This document shows, piece by piece, positions 11,035-20,481 of a stretch of 64,000 nt of DNA. The notes under the pieces are model-generated. The model did no database searches, was not told where the DNA came from, and saw nothing but the letters and a program-made list of their open reading frames with translations. Both the position numbers and the translations under genes were made by a program. Position 1 is the stretch's first letter; each line of letters begins with the position of its first letter. Origin of the DNA: Longimicrobiales bacterium (GTDB lineage Bacteria; Gemmatimonadota; Gemmatimonadetes; Longimicrobiales; Gaopeijiaceae). The stretch is from contig JAWLHJ010000004.1 of assembly GCA_041690395.1 (NCBI GenBank), positions 64,001-128,000 on the forward strand. The letters are read 5' to 3'.

Positions 11035-11067
11035 GCGTTCCTCCCGACGCCGACGTTCGTTCCACGC

Positions 11068-12114
11068 CTACTGTACGAGCACGGAACGGTACTTGTGGAA
11101 GTCGTCCAGAACCCGGCCGGCGCCTCTCACGACACAGGTGAGTGGCTCCTCGTCCACGTGGATCGGCAGATTCGTCTCGTGCTGGAGCAGACGGTCGAGC
11201 CCCCGGATCATGGCGCCGCCGCCGGTCATGACGATACCGCGGTCCACGATGTCGGACGACAGCTCGGGGGGCGTGATCTCGAGTGCGCGTCGGACGGCCT
11301 CCACGATCGCCTGGATCGGCTCCTGGATGCACTCGCGCACCTCCTGCGAATGCACGGTCACCGTCTTCGGGATGCCCGACACGAGATCCCGCCCCTTCAC
11401 CTCCATCTCGCGCTCCTCGCCGAAATCGAAGGCGGAGCCGATCTGGACTTTGATGGCCTCGGCGGTGGGCTCACCGATGAGGAGGTTGTAGTTCTTCCGC
11501 AGGAAGGTGACGATCGCGAGGTCGAGCTCGTCTCCCCCCACCCTGATGGAGGTATTGGAGACGATGCCGGACAGCGCGATCACGGCGATCTCGGTCGTCC
11601 CTCCCCCGATGTCGATCACCATGTTGCCGGTCGGTGTCTCGACGGGAAGGCCCACGCCGATCGCGGCGGCCATGGGCTCGTCCACCATGTAGACGCCCTT
11701 GGCGCCGGCGGACATGGCGGACGACCGGACCGCGCGACGCTCGAGCTCGGTGATCCCGGACGGCACACCCACCACGACCCGCGGCTTGATGCGGAAGATC
11801 CGCTTCGCGGTGACCTGTTTGAGAAAGTGCCGGAGCATCATCTCCGTCACGTCGACGTCGGCGATCACGCCGTCCTTGAGAGGACGGATCGCCTCGATCC
11901 CTTCGGGCGTGCGGCCGAGCATGCGCTTGGCTTCCAACCCGATCCCCATGATACGGCGACTCCCCTTCTCGACCGCCACGACGGAGGGCTCGTTCAGGAC
12001 GATGCCTTCCCCCTTCACGTAGACGAGGGTGTTGGCGGTTCCGAGGTCGACCGCGATGTCGTTGACGGGCACGAGGCGTCCCGAGCTCAGCCAGTTACTC
12101 AGTAAGGACAGCAC
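11068..12114 (-). CDS. mreB: Actin-like cell shape protein MreB
   Basis: AVDLGTANT, NEPSVVA, IRPLKDGVIAD, EPMAAAIG, DIGGGTTE, TPPELSSDI. Confidence 0.97.
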   Translation of the reverse strand: MLSLLSNWLSSGRLVPVNDIAVDLGTANTLVYVKGEGIVLNEPSVVAVEKGSRRIMGIGLEAKRMLGRTPEGIEAIRPLKDGVIADVDVTEMMLRHFLKQVTAKRIFRIKPRVVVGVPSGITELERRAVRSSAMSAGAKGVYMVDEPMAAAIGVGLPVETPTGNMVIDIGGGTTEIAVIALSGIVSNTSIRVGGDELDLAIVTFLRKNYNLLIGEPTAEAIKVQIGSAFDFGEEREMEVKGRDLVSGIPKTVTVHSQEVRECIQEPIQAIVEAVRRALEITPPELSSDIVDRGIVMTGGGAMIRGLDRLLQHETNLPIHVDEEPLTCVVRGAGRVLDDFHKYRSVLVQ

Positions 12115-12230
12115 TGTAGCGTCTTTTCAGGCGAAAAGAGGACCAGGCAGGCCGCGATCGGGCCGGGAAATCGAAACATACGTTTACAGGGGGTGAGATG
12201 CCAGAAAATCGTTACGGGCACGGGACGATC

Positions 12231-12671
12231 TCACGATGTCCCGGTGCTCCCGAAGCCACCGGCACCGCGAGCCGTACCCGTCAACTGGTCGACCTCGACC
12301 AGCTCCGGCGTCTCGAAGCGGGCGAACACGAGCTGCGCGATCCGCTCCCCGCGCTCCAGCCGAACGGCCTTCGGTCCCAGGTTCTGGAGGATGACGCAGA
12401 CCTCGCCTCGATAGTCGGGATCGATGGTGCCGGGGCTGTTGGGAACGGTGATTCCGTGCTTCAGCGCGAGCCCCGACCGGGGACGCACCTGACACTCGAG
12501 ATGCGCCGGCAACTCCATTGCAAATCCCGTTCCCACCAGGCGGATCTCCCCGGGCTCCAAAGTGACGTCCTCCGCGGAGCGCACGTCGTAACCGGCGGCC
12601 TGCGGCGTACCACGGGTCGGCAACTCGAGGTCGGAGCCATCATCCACCCGGACGAAGCGAACCTGCGTCAC
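12231..12671 (-). CDS. dut: dUTP diphosphatase
   Basis: [42 protein letters not shown] start overlaps ald stop. Confidence 0.95.
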   Translation of the reverse strand: MTQVRFVRVDDGSDLELPTRGTPQAAGYDVRSAEDVTLEPGEIRLVGTGFAMELPAHLECQVRPRSGLALKHGITVPNSPGTIDPDYRGEVCVILQNLGPKAVRLERGERIAQLVFARFETPELVEVDQLTGTARGAGGFGSTGTS

Positions 12672-13798
12672 GCGCGTCGGTCCCCGAGCAGGGCATCGTC
12701 GACCGGAATCGAGTCGAACCCGAAAGCCTCCGCGACCCCGGCGTAAGTGATCTTCCCCTCGACCACGTTGAGTCCCTTCCGAAGGGCACGGTCGTCGGCG
12801 CACGCCTTCCGCCACCCCTTGCTGGCCAGTGCCCGGGCGTAGGGAAGCGTCGCGTTCGTGAGGGCGAGCGTGCTCGTCCGCGGAACACCGCCCGGCATGT
12901 TGGCCACGCCGTAGTGGATGATCCCGTCGACGGTGTAGACCGGGTCCTTGTGGGTGGTGGGCCGGATCGTCTCGACGCACCCGCCCTGGTCGACGGCGAC
13001 ATCGACGATGACCGTGCCCGGCCGCATCAGCCGGAGGTCGTCCTTCTCGATGAGCTTGGGGGCCTTCGCCCCCGGGATGAGGACCGCTCCGATGACGAGG
13101 TCCGCGTCCTCCACCTGCTTCCTGATCGCGTACCGCGTGCTGAACAGGCCCTGGACGTTCGCCGGCATCACGTCGTCGAGATATCGCAGCCGGTTCAGGT
13201 CGACGTCCATGATGGAGACGCGGGCGCCGAGCCCGGCCGCCATCTTCGCCGCGTTCGTCCCGACGACGCCGCCGCCCAGGATGAGCACCTTCCCGGACAG
13301 CACGCCGGGCACCCCGCCGAGGAGGACACCGAGACCACCCTGAGGCTTCTCCAGGTACTTGGCGCCTTCCTGCACGGCCATACGCCCGGCGACCTCACTC
13401 ATCGGCGTGAGAAGCGGCAGCTCTCCGCTGTCCAGCTCCACCGTCTCGTAGGCGATCGCGACCGCCCCCGAGTCCATCACGGCACGCGTGAGATCTTCCG
13501 ACGCGGCGAAGTGGAAGTACGTGAAGAGGAGCTGGCCGGGGCGCATGAGCGGCCACTCCGGCTCGATGGGCTCCTTCACCTTCATGATCATCTCCGCCGC
13601 GGCCCACACTTCCTGAGCCGTGTCGACGATCCGGGCTCCGGCATTCTCGTAGAAGTCGTCCGTGAAGCCGCTGCCGAGCCCGGCCCCGGCCTCCACGACG
13701 ATCTCGTGGCCTGCGCGCGCGAGGTCCTCGGCGCCGGCGGGGGTGAGGGCGACACGGTACTCGTCCGATTTGATCTCGCGGGGGACTCCGATCAGCAC
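12668..13798 (-). CDS. ald: Alanine dehydrogenase
   Basis: [53 protein letters not shown] upstream. Confidence 0.95.
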   Translation of the reverse strand: MLIGVPREIKSDEYRVALTPAGAEDLARAGHEIVVEAGAGLGSGFTDDFYENAGARIVDTAQEVWAAAEMIMKVKEPIEPEWPLMRPGQLLFTYFHFAASEDLTRAVMDSGAVAIAYETVELDSGELPLLTPMSEVAGRMAVQEGAKYLEKPQGGLGVLLGGVPGVLSGKVLILGGGVVGTNAAKMAAGLGARVSIMDVDLNRLRYLDDVMPANVQGLFSTRYAIRKQVEDADLVIGAVLIPGAKAPKLIEKDDLRLMRPGTVIVDVAVDQGGCVETIRPTTHKDPVYTVDGIIHYGVANMPGGVPRTSTLALTNATLPYARALASKGWRKACADDRALRKGLNVVEGKITYAGVAEAFGFDSIPVDDALLGDRRA

Positions 13799-13843
13799 TT
13801 CGGCTCCTAGAAGAGTGTTTGGGTTCGGGATCTCAGGCGCGGC

Positions 13844-15202
13844 TCACGCTGGCCCGAGGGCCAGGGTGAAGTGCTCGCTCGCGGCATACGACTGCCGAGC
13901 CACGCGCCGCACGTCGTCCATACCGACGGCGTCGATGCGGCCGAGCAGCTCGTCCAGCCCCACGAAGGGCTGGTCGTGTAGCTCCAACGAGGCCAGACGG
14001 TGCAGCCGGGAGCCCGGGGACTCGAGCGACAGCATGATCTGGCCCTTCACCTGTCGACGGACGTCCTCGAGCTCTTCCGTGCCGAGTCCTTCCTCCCAGA
14101 GCCGGTCGAGCTCCGTGCGGATGGCATCCTCGGCCCGGCGAGCGGTGGCGGGCCTGGTGCCCACGTACACCCCGGCCATGCCCCTGGCACGGTAGAACGA
14201 CTGGAAGCTGAACACGGAATAGCAGAGCCCGAGCTCCTCGCGCACCTTCTGGAAGAGCCGGGAGCTCATGCCCCCTCCGAGCGCCGCCGACAACAGAATG
14301 TGCGCATAGCGGTCCGGGTGGGCATGCTCCGGCACGTCGGTCGCGAATACGAGATGGGTCTGTGCGGACCCACGCTCCACGGCCTCGAAGCCGCGCCGGG
14401 CACGGCCGGGGACGGCCACATCCGCGACGCGACCCCGATCGGGCGTCTGGCCGAACAGCTCGGCGGCCCGCTCGACCACCTCGTCGTGATCGACGTTTCC
14501 GGCCACCGCGACCACGAGGTTCCGGCCGCCGTAGGCCCGGGCATGGACCTGGCGCAGGGTATCCACGGTCATCGACGAGACCGACTCCGTGGTCCCGAGG
14601 ATCGGGCGGCCGTAAGGATGGCCCTGCCAGAGCCGTTCGGCGTGCAGCTCGAACACCAGGTCGTCCGGTGTGTCCTCGACCTGGGCGATCTCCTCGAGCA
14701 CGACCTCCCGCTCCAGATCCAGGTCACGCGCCTCGAGCCGCGGTGCGAGGACGAGGTCGGCGAGAACGTCGATCGCTTCGGGAAAGTGCTCGTCGAGGAC
14801 CCGGGCCTGGTAGGCCGTGTGCTCGCGGGTCGTGTACGCGTCGAGGGATCCCCCGAGTCTTTCGAGCGCCAGCGCGATCTCGGCGGCCGTGCGGCGCTCC
14901 GTCCCCTTGAACACCATGTGCTCGAGAAGGTGGCTCGCCCCTGCCTCGGTCTCGTCCCGCTCATGGGCGCCACCATGCCGCACCCACACGCCGGCGGCCG
15001 CCGAGCGCACCCCGGCGATCCGTTCGCTGACCACGATCGTCCCGTTCGCCAGCTCGGTGCGGCGAATCCCGTCCACGCTTCCGGCCGTCGGGTCGGCAAC
15101 CGCGGAAACCCCAAACGACGCGGAGGAGCGCACGGGCCATACTGGCCCGTGGCTCCTCCGGCCTACCGTCTGCGGATCGGTACGGTCAGACCCGTGCTTC
15201 AT
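13844..15202 (-). CDS. M16 family (pitrilysin) zinc peptidase
   Basis: Inverted Zn motif HLLEH, GGGMSSRLFQKVRE.GLCYSV; typical position after pnp. True start probably downstream of 15202. Confidence 0.9.
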   Translation of the reverse strand: MKHGSDRTDPQTVGRRSHGPVWPVRSSASFGVSAVADPTAGSVDGIRRTELANGTIVVSERIAGVRSAAAGVWVRHGGAHERDETEAGASHLLEHMVFKGTERRTAAEIALALERLGGSLDAYTTREHTAYQARVLDEHFPEAIDVLADLVLAPRLEARDLDLEREVVLEEIAQVEDTPDDLVFELHAERLWQGHPYGRPILGTTESVSSMTVDTLRQVHARAYGGRNLVVAVAGNVDHDEVVERAAELFGQTPDRGRVADVAVPGRARRGFEAVERGSAQTHLVFATDVPEHAHPDRYAHILLSAALGGGMSSRLFQKVREELGLCYSVFSFQSFYRARGMAGVYVGTRPATARRAEDAIRTELDRLWEEGLGTEELEDVRRQVKGQIMLSLESPGSRLHRLASLELHDQPFVGLDELLGRIDAVGMDDVRRVARQSYAASEHFTLALGPA

Positions 15203-17309
15203 CCGCCTCCGTACCAGCGCCTTCCTCGGCCATGGCGGCCTTACGGGAGAGGCGCAACCGGCCCTTCTCGTCGATCGAGAGGAGCTTGACCCGTGTGATG
15301 TCGCCCTTGTTGAGGACGTCCTCGGTCTTCTCCACCCGCCCCTCGGCGAGCTCGGAGATGTGACAGAGCCCCTCGGTCCCGGGCATGATCTCGATGAACG
15401 CGCCGAAGGTGGTGGTGTTCTTCACCGGCCCCTCGTAGATGCGGCCCACTTCGGGATCCTGGACGATCGCCTCGATCATCTCGCGCGCACGCTGTCCGGA
15501 CTCGCCGGACACGGCCGCGATCTTCACGATACCCGAGTCGTCGATGTCGATCTGCGCGCCCGACTCCTCCTGGATGGCGCGGATCGTCTTGCCCTTCGGC
15601 CCGATGATCTCGCCGATCTTCTCCGGGTTGATCTGGATGGAGATGATCTGAGGGGCGTACTGCGACAGCTCGCTGCGCGCCTCGGAGATCGCCTGGTCCA
15701 TCAGACCGAGGATGTGGAGACGAGCCTTCTGGGCCCGCTCCATGGCCTCCTGCATGATCTCGAAGGTGAGCCCTTCGATCTTGATGTCCATCTGGATCGA
15801 AGTGATGCCGTCCTTCGTGCCGGCGACCTTGAAGTCCATGTCGCCGAGCGCGTCCTCGAGACCGAGGATGTCGGTGAGCACGGCCACCTTGTCGCCTTCC
15901 TTGATGAGGCCCATCGCCACGCCGGCGCAGGCCTTCCGGATCGGCACGCCCGCGTCCATCAGCGCCAGCGAAGAGGCGCACACGGTCGCCATCGAGGACG
16001 AGCCGTTCGACTCGAGGATGTCCGAGACGATACGGATCGTGTACGGGAAGTCGTCGTAGGCCGGAAGCATGGGTTGGATGGCCCGCTCCGCCAGATTCCC
16101 GTGCCCGATCTCACGGCGTGACGTGCCACGGTACGGCTTCGCCTCACCGACCGAGAACGGCGGGAAGTTGTAGTGGAGCATGAACGACTTCGAGACTTCC
16201 TCACGGACGTCGATGGAGTCGATCCGCTGCTCGTCACGAGCGGTACCGAGCGTCACCACGCCGAGGGCCTGCGTCTGCCCGCGGGTGAAGAGCGCGGAGC
16301 CGTGCGTCCGCGGGAGCACGCCCACCTCGGACGAGATCGCCCGGATGTCGTCCAGGCCACGACCGTCGGCGCGCTCACCCTTGTCGAGGATGTGGCGACG
16401 CATGGTCTGCTTCTCGATCCCGCGCAGGATCTCACCGACGTCCTTCTCGTAGTCGGCCCAGCCCTCTTCCTCGCTCAGCGACGACACGATGTCCTCGCGC
16501 AGCGCGGCCATCGCCTGCTGACGCTCCGACTTCTCCTGCAGGCTGAGCGCCTCCGAGACCTTGGAAGCGGCCAGGTCCTCGACCCGGGACTTGAGGTCCT
16601 GGTTGGGCTCGATGGGCGTCCAGTCCATGTCCGGAACGTTGTGGCCGGCCAGGAGCTCCTCCTGAAGGGCGCACAGCTCCTTGATGGCCTCGTGAGCGAC
16701 CTTGAGGCCCTCGAGGATCTCGCTCTCCGGCACCTCGACGGCGCCGCCCTCGACCATGGTGATCGCGTCGGCGGTGCCGGCGACCACGATGTCCAGGTCC
16801 GAGTACTCGAGCTGCTGGAACGTCGGGTTGATCACCCAGTTGTCCTTGATGCGCCCGATGCGCACACCCGCGACCGCCGTATTGAACGGGATCTTGGACT
16901 GCTTGAGGGCGACCGACGCGCCGATCATGGCGAGTACGTCCGCGTCGTTCTCCTGGTCCGCCGAGAGAATGAAGCACGCGACCTGCGTCTCGTGCATGAA
17001 GCCCTCGGGGAAGAGCGGCCGGATGGGCCGGTCGATCTGGCGAGCGGAGAGGATCTCCTTCTCGCCGGGGCGACCTTCGCGCTTGAAGAAGCCGCCCGGG
17101 ATCTTACCCGCGGCGTAGCTCTTCTCGCGGTACTCGATGGTGAGCGGGAAGAAGGGGAGATGGGTCGGACGGTCCTGGACCGTCGCGACGCACAGCACCA
17201 CGGTGTCTCCGTACTGCACCAGGCAGGAGCCATGCGCGAGCTTGGCCATGCGACCGAACTCGAGCGACAGCGTGCGCCCGGCGAACTGGCGTTCTAACCT
17301 CTGGATCAT
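15186..17309 (-). CDS. pnp: Polyribonucleotide nucleotidyltransferase
   Basis: FFPLTIEYRE, GKIPGGFFKREGRP, RREIGHG, ESNGSSSMA, GDMDFKVAG, KH and S1 domains. Confidence 0.97.
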   Translation of the reverse strand: MIQRLERQFAGRTLSLEFGRMAKLAHGSCLVQYGDTVVLCVATVQDRPTHLPFFPLTIEYREKSYAAGKIPGGFFKREGRPGEKEILSARQIDRPIRPLFPEGFMHETQVACFILSADQENDADVLAMIGASVALKQSKIPFNTAVAGVRIGRIKDNWVINPTFQQLEYSDLDIVVAGTADAITMVEGGAVEVPESEILEGLKVAHEAIKELCALQEELLAGHNVPDMDWTPIEPNQDLKSRVEDLAASKVSEALSLQEKSERQQAMAALREDIVSSLSEEEGWADYEKDVGEILRGIEKQTMRRHILDKGERADGRGLDDIRAISSEVGVLPRTHGSALFTRGQTQALGVVTLGTARDEQRIDSIDVREEVSKSFMLHYNFPPFSVGEAKPYRGTSRREIGHGNLAERAIQPMLPAYDDFPYTIRIVSDILESNGSSSMATVCASSLALMDAGVPIRKACAGVAMGLIKEGDKVAVLTDILGLEDALGDMDFKVAGTKDGITSIQMDIKIEGLTFEIMQEAMERAQKARLHILGLMDQAISEARSELSQYAPQIISIQINPEKIGEIIGPKGKTIRAIQEESGAQIDIDDSGIVKIAAVSGESGQRAREMIEAIVQDPEVGRIYEGPVKNTTTFGAFIEIMPGTEGLCHISELAEGRVEKTEDVLNKGDITRVKLLSIDEKGRLRLSRKAAMAEEGAGTEADEARV

Positions 17310-17363
17310 GTAATCAACTCACTTCGGGTTGGGCCGGGGCGTTTCCCCGACCTCGCGTCTTGT

Positions 17364-17420
17364 GCCGAAGCGTTCGAGGACCCGAGGAGAGAGCGACCGC
17401 CGCCCGGGGCACGCTTCCGC
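17364..17420 (-). promoter_or_regulatory. Stem-loop in pnp leader (possible RNase III processing site)
   Basis: GAAGCGT (17367-73) and ACGCTTC (17411-17) are an inverted repeat with extra inner and outer pairing. RNase III-cleaved rpsO-pnp hairpins are known in E. coli and Streptomyces. Confidence 0.45.
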
Positions 17421-17485
17421 GTGGGCCCGTCCTGCGGCAATCTAGAGGCCGTCTCCCTACCGATCTCACGTGCGCGTCCGGCACG

Positions 17486-17522
17486 AAAAGGGCGGTCGGG
17501 GCCATGCAGGCACCGACCGCCC
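17486..17522 (-). terminator. Intrinsic terminator after rpsO
   Basis: Perfect 10-bp stem GGGCGGTCGG/CCGACCGCCC followed by TTTT on the minus strand, just after the rpsO stop. Confidence 0.7.
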
Positions 17523-17529
17523 GGAACTT

Positions 17530-17790
17530 CTAGTGGCGCAGACCGAGGTCCGCGATCAGCTCGCGGTACTTCTCGATGTCCGTGCGCCTCAGGTAATCCA
17601 GCAACCGACGGCGGCGTCCGACCATCTTGAGGAGGCCCCTGCGGCTGTGGTGATCCTTCTTGTGCTTGTCGAAATGTCCCCGGAGGTCGTCGATCCTCGC
17701 CGTCAGGATGGCGACCTGGACCGGAGCGCTGCCACGGTCCGTCTCGTGGAGCTGGTACTTCTTGATGATGTCTTCTTTCACGATCGTCAT
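17530..17790 (-). CDS. rpsO: 30S ribosomal protein S15
   Basis: [38 protein letters not shown]. Confidence 0.97.
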   Translation of the reverse strand: MTIVKEDIIKKYQLHETDRGSAPVQVAILTARIDDLRGHFDKHKKDHHSRRGLLKMVGRRRRLLDYLRRTDIEKYRELIADLGLRH

Positions 17791-17918
17791 GTACTTCGGG
17801 CCTCCGCAGGAGTCTACGCTGCAAGGGAAGCGATGAGCGGCTCGTGAGCCATTCGACCCACGAGGCCATCTACTTGGTTTCAGCGCTGAAACCTAGGTAA
17901 AATGCGGGTCGGCGTCTA
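17791..17918 (-). promoter_or_regulatory. rpsO promoter and structured 5' leader
   Basis: TAGACG-N17-TAGGTT (17918-17890); 18-bp palindrome at 17876-17893; hairpin CTCGTGGGTC-GAAT-GGCTCACGAG; SD GGAGG. Confidence 0.55.
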
Positions 17919-18849
17919 CCGCACGAGCGGCGGCGTCCACGTCCTGACGCAGCTGCGCGACGAGGGCTTCCACGCCCCCGAACGGCCGGACGTCCCGGAG
18001 GTGCTTCACGAACTCCACCCGCACCTCCTCACCGTACAGATCGCCGTCGAAGCCGATCAAGTGGAGCTCGATGGTCGGCGGGGAGCCCTGAAACGTCGGG
18101 CGGGGCCCGACGTGCAGTGCGCCCGGATGGGCCTCGCCGCGCCTCCGGACTCCCCTCACGGCGTACACTCCCGGAGGCGGAACCAGCTTGTCCCGATCGC
18201 CGATCTGGAGGTTCGCGGTCGGAAAGCCGAGCCCGCGCCCCCTTCCCTCGCCCCTTACGACCACGCCGCGGAGCGAGTAGGAGCGCCCCAGGCACGCACG
18301 CGCTTCCTCCACGCGCGCTTCGCTCAGGGCCCGACGGATCCGCGACGACGAGATGGTCTGGCCGTCCACCTCCACCGGTCGCACCACGTCGACGGAGAAG
18401 CCGAGCCGGGCACCGAGCTCACGGATCGTGTCGGCGTCCCCGCTCCGGTCTCGACCGAAGCCGTGGTCGTATCCGATCACCAGCTCCTCGACGCCGAGCC
18501 GTCCGACCAGGATCTCCTCCACGAATCGCGCCGGCTCGTAGCGCGACAACGCTTCCGTGAAGCGTACGAAGACCGCGAAGTCCAGCCCGCTCTCAGCCAG
18601 GATCTCCTTCTTCTCCAGAGGCGTCGTCAGGAGCGGCGGGGCGTCGTCGGGGCGCACGACGCGAAGCGGATGCGGATCGAACGTGACGAGCACGCTCCGG
18701 CGTCCCGAGGCGTCGGCGCGTCTCCGGATCTCCTCCAGGACCCGCCAGTGCCCGAGGTGGACGCCGTCGAAGGTCCCGACCGTGGCCACGGTACCCTTGT
18801 CCGACGGGATGCCGGGCGGGTGTCGCCACCGGACCGAGGGCCCCGTCAC
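17893..18849 (-). CDS. ribF: Bifunctional riboflavin kinase / FAD synthetase
   Basis: GTFDGVHLGH, TFDPHP, GYDHGFG, ISSSRIR, GRGLGFPTAN, RPTF. Confidence 0.96.
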   Translation of the reverse strand: MTGPSVRWRHPPGIPSDKGTVATVGTFDGVHLGHWRVLEEIRRRADASGRRSVLVTFDPHPLRVVRPDDAPPLLTTPLEKKEILAESGLDFAVFVRFTEALSRYEPARFVEEILVGRLGVEELVIGYDHGFGRDRSGDADTIRELGARLGFSVDVVRPVEVDGQTISSSRIRRALSEARVEEARACLGRSYSLRGVVVRGEGRGRGLGFPTANLQIGDRDKLVPPPGVYAVRGVRRRGEAHPGALHVGPRPTFQGSPPTIELHLIGFDGDLYGEEVRVEFVKHLRDVRPFGGVEALVAQLRQDVDAAARAVDADPHFT

Positions 18850-19724
18850 GCGAACACCTTGGAAGGCTTGAGCGCTCCGTCCGCGACGTGGCCCACCGCG
18901 ACCAGCTCGGCGCCCGCCGCGACGGCCACCGGGCCGGACACGTCGGGGCCCGTGTAGGGCACGCTCTGGCCGTGCGAGATCCTCCGGACGCCCTCCGCGT
19001 CGACCATCCACGAGGGGAGGTGGGCCAGCGCCTCGAGCGGGCTCATGGCCATCCGCTCGACGGCGGACGGATCGTCCAGCTCGTCCAGGGTGAGCGCGCC
19101 GTCCACTTCGAACCGGCCGATCCTCGTGCGCCGGAGCTCCGTGAGATGGGCGCCGGTCCCGAGTACCTCTCCCAGGTCACGGGCCAGCGAGCGGACGTAG
19201 GTGCCGCTGGAGCAGTGGACACGGAAGCGGACCAGCGGGAGCGTGATCTCCTCGACCTCCGCGGAGAACACGGTCACCCGGCTCGCCGGCAGATCGACGT
19301 GCTCACCTCTCCGGGCTCTACGGTGCATGGCCTCGCCACCCACCTTCTTGGCCGAGAACTGGGGTGGCACCTGATCGATCTCGCCGACGAATCGCGCCAG
19401 CGCGCGGGCGACATCGGCTTCCGAGACCCGGTCCCATCCCGGGAGGGTACGCACGACCTCGCCCTTCAAGTCGTCGGTGGTCGTGACCTCACCGAGGCGG
19501 GCCGTCGCGACGTACTCCTTGTCGAGACCCGTGACGTACTCGGAGAGTCGCGTCGCGGGCCCCACGCAGAGGAGAAGGAGTCCGGACGCGAAGGGGTCGA
19601 GCGTTCCCGTGTGCCCGATCCGCCGCTCACCGAGGGCGCGACGGGCCTGCCCCACCACGTCGTGCGACGTCGGTCCGACGGGCTTGTCCACCGGCAGCAC
19701 GAACCCCGCCGCCGGTAGCTTCAA
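18846..19724 (-). CDS. truB: tRNA pseudouridine(55) synthase
   Basis: DKPVGPTSHDVV, GHTGTLDPFASG, QVPPQFSA, CSSGTYVRSL, LRRTRIG. Confidence 0.96.
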   Translation of the reverse strand: MKLPAAGFVLPVDKPVGPTSHDVVGQARRALGERRIGHTGTLDPFASGLLLLCVGPATRLSEYVTGLDKEYVATARLGEVTTTDDLKGEVVRTLPGWDRVSEADVARALARFVGEIDQVPPQFSAKKVGGEAMHRRARRGEHVDLPASRVTVFSAEVEEITLPLVRFRVHCSSGTYVRSLARDLGEVLGTGAHLTELRRTRIGRFEVDGALTLDELDDPSAVERMAMSPLEALAHLPSWMVDAEGVRRISHGQSVPYTGPDVSGPVAVAAGAELVAVGHVADGALKPSKVFA

Positions 19725-20152
19725 CCGTCGTCTCCCGTCCGATCCCTCGGCCTCGGCGCGTCGTCCGCGTCGGGCTCGGGCTCACCATCGGACGGGTCGT
19801 CGAGTTCATCTTCGGGAAGGACGTCCGAGAGGATCTCCTCGATCCGCATCGCGTGCTCGAGCGACTTGTCGCGCTGGAAGCGCAGCTCGGGAATGCGCCG
19901 GATCGTCAGCTCCTTGCCGAGCGCTGCCCTGAGGAACGGCGCGGCCGCGGTCAGCCCCTCGAGGGCCTCGACGATCTCGGCCTCGCTGCCGATGACCCGG
20001 ACGAAGACCCGCGCCAGGCTCAGGTCGTTCGTGACGTCGACCGCGGTCACGGTGACGACGCCGACGCGCGGATCACGCACGTCGGTACGAATGAGCATCG
20101 CCAGTTCCCTCTTGAGCTGCTCGTTGAGGCGAGCGAGGCGTCTGCGGCTCAT
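19721..20152 (-). CDS. rbfA: Ribosome-binding factor A
   Basis: VRDPRV, VTAVDVTNDLSLARVF, IRRIPELRF; acidic tail. Confidence 0.95.
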   Translation of the reverse strand: MSRRRLARLNEQLKRELAMLIRTDVRDPRVGVVTVTAVDVTNDLSLARVFVRVIGSEAEIVEALEGLTAAAPFLRAALGKELTIRRIPELRFQRDKSLEHAMRIEEILSDVLPEDELDDPSDGEPEPDADDAPRPRDRTGDDG

Positions 20153-20176
20153 GGGGCCCCCTTCTTAGGCGAACTG

Positions 20177-20458
20177 CTAGCAGAGCTCACGGTGGACTCC
20201 TGTGATGACGGCCCCGCCGTGCTCTTCCACGAAGCGGTCCAGCTTGTCGAGCATCGACTCCGCGAGACGTCCGTCGCTGGCCACCAGCGCGATGCTGACG
20301 GTCGCCCGATCCAGGACGTCCTGGAGGTCGGTCTCGGCCACGGAGACGTTGAACTTCGCGCGGAGGCGGTCCTTGAGTGACCGCACCACGGAGCGCTTGG
20401 CCTTCAGCGACGAGCATCCCGGGAGCGACAGCTCCCAGGTCATCGACACGACGACCAT
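20177..20458 (-). CDS. DUF503 (YlxP) family protein
   Basis: SLKAKRSVVRSLKDRLRAKFNVSVAE; canonical position between infB and rbfA. Confidence 0.9.
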   Translation of the reverse strand: MVVVSMTWELSLPGCSSLKAKRSVVRSLKDRLRAKFNVSVAETDLQDVLDRATVSIALVASDGRLAESMLDKLDRFVEEHGGAVITGVHRELC

Positions 20459-20481
20459 GGTCAGAAGATGTTGAAGAAGGG

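Noticed and set aside
12185..12205. Possible sigma54 promoter (CTGGCA...) upstream of mreB
   Set aside because: No TTGC/-12 element at the required spacing.
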